Assembly (NCBI GenBank): GCA_965223155.1
Contig: CBDCVR010000014.1
Span: forward strand, 128,001 to 192,000
From: Candidatus Multivoradales bacterium
GTDB taxonomy: Bacteria > Acidobacteriota > Thermoanaerobaculia > Multivoradales > JAHEKO01
Direction of reading: 5' to 3'
Length of the DNA stretch: 64,000 bases
Within the stretch, counting starts at the first letter, position 1, and each line of letters begins with the position of its first letter. Below the pieces are notes generated by a model, which was given only the letters and a program-made list of their open reading frames with translations, ran no database searches and was not told where the DNA came from. Both the position numbers and the translations under genes were made by a program. This document shows, piece by piece, positions 61,618 through 64,000 of the stretch.

Positions 61618-63873
61618 CTACGAGAAGACGATGCGCAGCTCGCGCTCGTGCGGCTCGACCGATAGGACCGCGACCGCCGGGCCCGCCAGGTCGGCAACGA
61701 CGTGGAGGGCGCTGCCCGAGTCGGACTGGTGGAGTCCGGTACGGAGCTGGCGCACCTGGTCGGTGCCCACCGGAACGACTCCGGCCGAATAGGGGCGCTC
61801 GATGCCCCGAATCTTGATGACTTCGCGCGGCGCTCCCTGGCGGATGCGCTCGACCTCGAAGTAGGCGGTCGAGATCGGCGCATTCAGGCGAATGGTCACC
61901 ACCGTCGATCGGCCCTCGCGAGACCAGCGGATGCTCTCGACGACGGTGGCCTGGAGGCCGCCGGCCCGGTCTTGAGCCGGCGGGGCCGCGGCAACGTCGT
62001 CCTCTGCCGCAACCGAAGCCGCCGGCTCGGTGGCCGACTCTTCGGACCCGCTCACTGTCTCGGCGGCGGCCACGCTGTCCTCGGATCCGTCTACCGGCTC
62101 GGCCCCCTCCGATTCGGCGGCGATTCCGGTCCCAGTGCCGTCAGAACTCCCGGCCCCGGTCGAGCCCGCGCCTCGACCCTCGTCGCCCGTCTCCGTGGCA
62201 GCCATCACCTCGCCTTCCGGCGGCGCACCCTCGGGGAGGGCCGCCGGAGCCGCCGCCACCGTCTCGCCTCCCAGTCCAAGCCGTGCCCGAATGACGTCTC
62301 CGTAGACGTAGTAGAGCGCTCCCAGAGCGAGACCGAACAGGGCCAGGAGCGCGATTCGAGTACCCCAGCCGCGTTCGCCCGAGGCGCTGGCGCTTCCGGC
62401 CAGATCGACGCCCGTCAAGTCGTCTTCGTCCGGCATCTCGACGTCGGGCACCGTGGAGAGCTCGGTGGCCATCCGCGCGACGTCGTGAGGCACCACGGGC
62501 TTGGGCAGCCCGATCGAGCTGGACGAGCCAGATGCGTCGGCGGCCATGGGGTCGGTCCCCCCCGGACGATCCAGTGCGGGCGGCGGGTCGAGCGGATCGA
62601 CCGCCGGGGGGATGTCCAGAGACGCCGGCTCGCCGGCCGAAACCAGGTCTTCCGTGCCGGCCGGGGCGAGGTCCGGCTTCGCTCCGGCCGCCTCTTGCCG
62701 GTCGAACCGTGCCGCTTCGGCGGCAAGCATTGCCGCGAGGGGATCGGTGGACGAGCTGGCCCCCGGATCTGTCCCGGGTTCCTCGAGCTCCAGAGCGGGC
62801 GAATCCCCCAGGTCCGAGACCTCCAGAGCCGGGGGGGCCGGCTCGAGCGGCGCAAGCAGATCCGGCGGATCGAGTTGAGGGGAGGGCTCGGACGCCGCGG
62901 TATCGAGGCCGGCGGCCGCGGTACCGGGCGCCGGGTCGAGAGGCAATTCCTCCTGGTCGGGGCGGGCAAGAACCTCGAACTCCTCGCCCTCGCCCGCGTC
63001 CAGGAGTTCGAGAGCGTCCAGGGTCTGCCCCGGTGCCTCCTCGACTGCCGGTTCCAGCGAATCGCCGGCAACCTGCGCCGAGGCGGATTCCCAAGGCGTC
63101 GACCGGTCCTGCTCCTCCGGCTCGGTGGCGGAATTCCGGTGGCCGGAATCCGCTTCGCTCGCCAGCTCCGCTTCCTGGTCCGCCGCCTCGGCCTCGATCA
63201 GCTCGAAGGAACCGGGCTCGGCGGCATCCGACTCGAGGACCTCGCGATCCCCCGACTCGGCGACGGTGTCTGATGCATCCGGCGCCTCCGCCATCCAGCC
63301 GATCCCGGTCGGGATGGCGATCGTCTCCAGGCCCACGGGCTGGTCGAAGACGGTTTCCGAGTCGGCGGCCGATTCGACAGCCGGCTGGATCTCGGCTTCG
63401 GCTTCTGGAGCGAGCCGAAAGAGATCGTCGGCCGAGCCCGAGCCGAAGGGCTCGGGTGTGGCCGGCTCGGCGGCCGCGCTCGCGCCGATCAGGGCCCGCA
63501 GACTGAAAACCTGCCCGCCTTCCTTGGTGTGATTCTCGATCAACCGTGTGATCAGGCGGCGGCTCGGGTCGTCCAACTCGAGGAACTCGAGCGCGGTGCC
63601 TGCGTCGTCTCCGGTGGTGTCCCCGGCGCCTAGCCAAACCACCTTGCCCTTACCCTGCATAAGGCGGAAGTCGTCCTTCAGCCGCACCTCGAAGTCGACG
63701 CGGTCGCCGACCGCGAAGGCCTGGCTCCGCGCCACGTCGGCGTTCTTGACGAACATGCCGCGCTCCGAGATCGAGCCCGAATACGACTGCACGAAGTCGC
63801 GGAAGCTGGGGAACTCGAGAACGATCGACGCCGTTCCGCCCCCGGTCGAAAACACTCGATCGCCCTCGTCCAT
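61618..63873 (-). CDS. PilZ-like (TIGR02266-type) domain, long acidic linker, TM helix and AMIN-like periplasmic domain
   Basis: FVQSYSGSISERGMFV...GKVVW...ALEFLELD; TM IALLALFGLALGALYYVY; C-terminal PREVIKIRG...VRQLRTG...LHVVADL. Confidence 0.72.
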   Translation of the reverse strand: MDEGDRVFSTGGGTASIVLEFPSFRDFVQSYSGSISERGMFVKNADVARSQAFAVGDRVDFEVRLKDDFRLMQGKGKVVWLGAGDTTGDDAGTALEFLELDDPSRRLITRLIENHTKEGGQVFSLRALIGASAAAEPATPEPFGSGSADDLFRLAPEAEAEIQPAVESAADSETVFDQPVGLETIAIPTGIGWMAEAPDASDTVAESGDREVLESDAAEPGSFELIEAEAADQEAELASEADSGHRNSATEPEEQDRSTPWESASAQVAGDSLEPAVEEAPGQTLDALELLDAGEGEEFEVLARPDQEELPLDPAPGTAAAGLDTAASEPSPQLDPPDLLAPLEPAPPALEVSDLGDSPALELEEPGTDPGASSSTDPLAAMLAAEAARFDRQEAAGAKPDLAPAGTEDLVSAGEPASLDIPPAVDPLDPPPALDRPGGTDPMAADASGSSSSIGLPKPVVPHDVARMATELSTVPDVEMPDEDDLTGVDLAGSASASGERGWGTRIALLALFGLALGALYYVYGDVIRARLGLGGETVAAAPAALPEGAPPEGEVMAATETGDEGRGAGSTGAGSSDGTGTGIAAESEGAEPVDGSEDSVAAAETVSGSEESATEPAASVAAEDDVAAAPPAQDRAGGLQATVVESIRWSREGRSTVVTIRLNAPISTAYFEVERIRQGAPREVIKIRGIERPYSAGVVPVGTDQVRQLRTGLHQSDSGSALHVVADLAGPAVAVLSVEPHERELRIVFS

Positions 63874-64000
63874 TGAAGATTCCTCGTCTGATGCCAGGCT
63901 CTATGGGTGGTTCGCGCACCGGCACCAGGACGGTCCGCTGCTCGACGGCATTATAGATCGGCCGGTCCTGGCTTCGACCGCGGGTGCCGTCCGGGCTCGC

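Overview
GC-rich bacterial window (gene content suggests an Acidobacteria/Thermoanaerobaculia-like organism; inference only). Bases 1-26 kb are ordinary metabolic and envelope genes: an M16 peptidase pair, a KirBac channel, a hydroxyproline dehydratase/reductase pair, an ATP-cone kinase, an ABC exporter with an AttH-like lipoprotein, an SPL-like radical SAM cluster, two divergent GH99-like paralogs, a ThDP enzyme, bacilliredoxin, P5C dehydrogenase and a DJ-1 lipoprotein. From about 26.2 to 61.6 kb lies a ~35-kb polymorphic toxin island: a secreted accessory gene, one full-length Rhs/YD-repeat protein with a Sec-type signal peptide (no PAAR/VgrG), and eight co-oriented orphan core+tip cassettes, each followed by one or two putative immunity genes. 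Eight of the nine tips carry a JAB/MPN-like E...HxH...(S/G)xxD signature framed by conserved cysteines; one is an alpha/beta hydrolase. The downstream genes are mostly exported, cysteine-rich, modular paralogs or membrane proteins. The island also holds a truncated IS3, a 61-bp palindrome repeated at cassette junctions and visible recombination scars. The window ends with a PilZ/AMIN-like membrane protein. All calls come from motif reading; no database searches were run.
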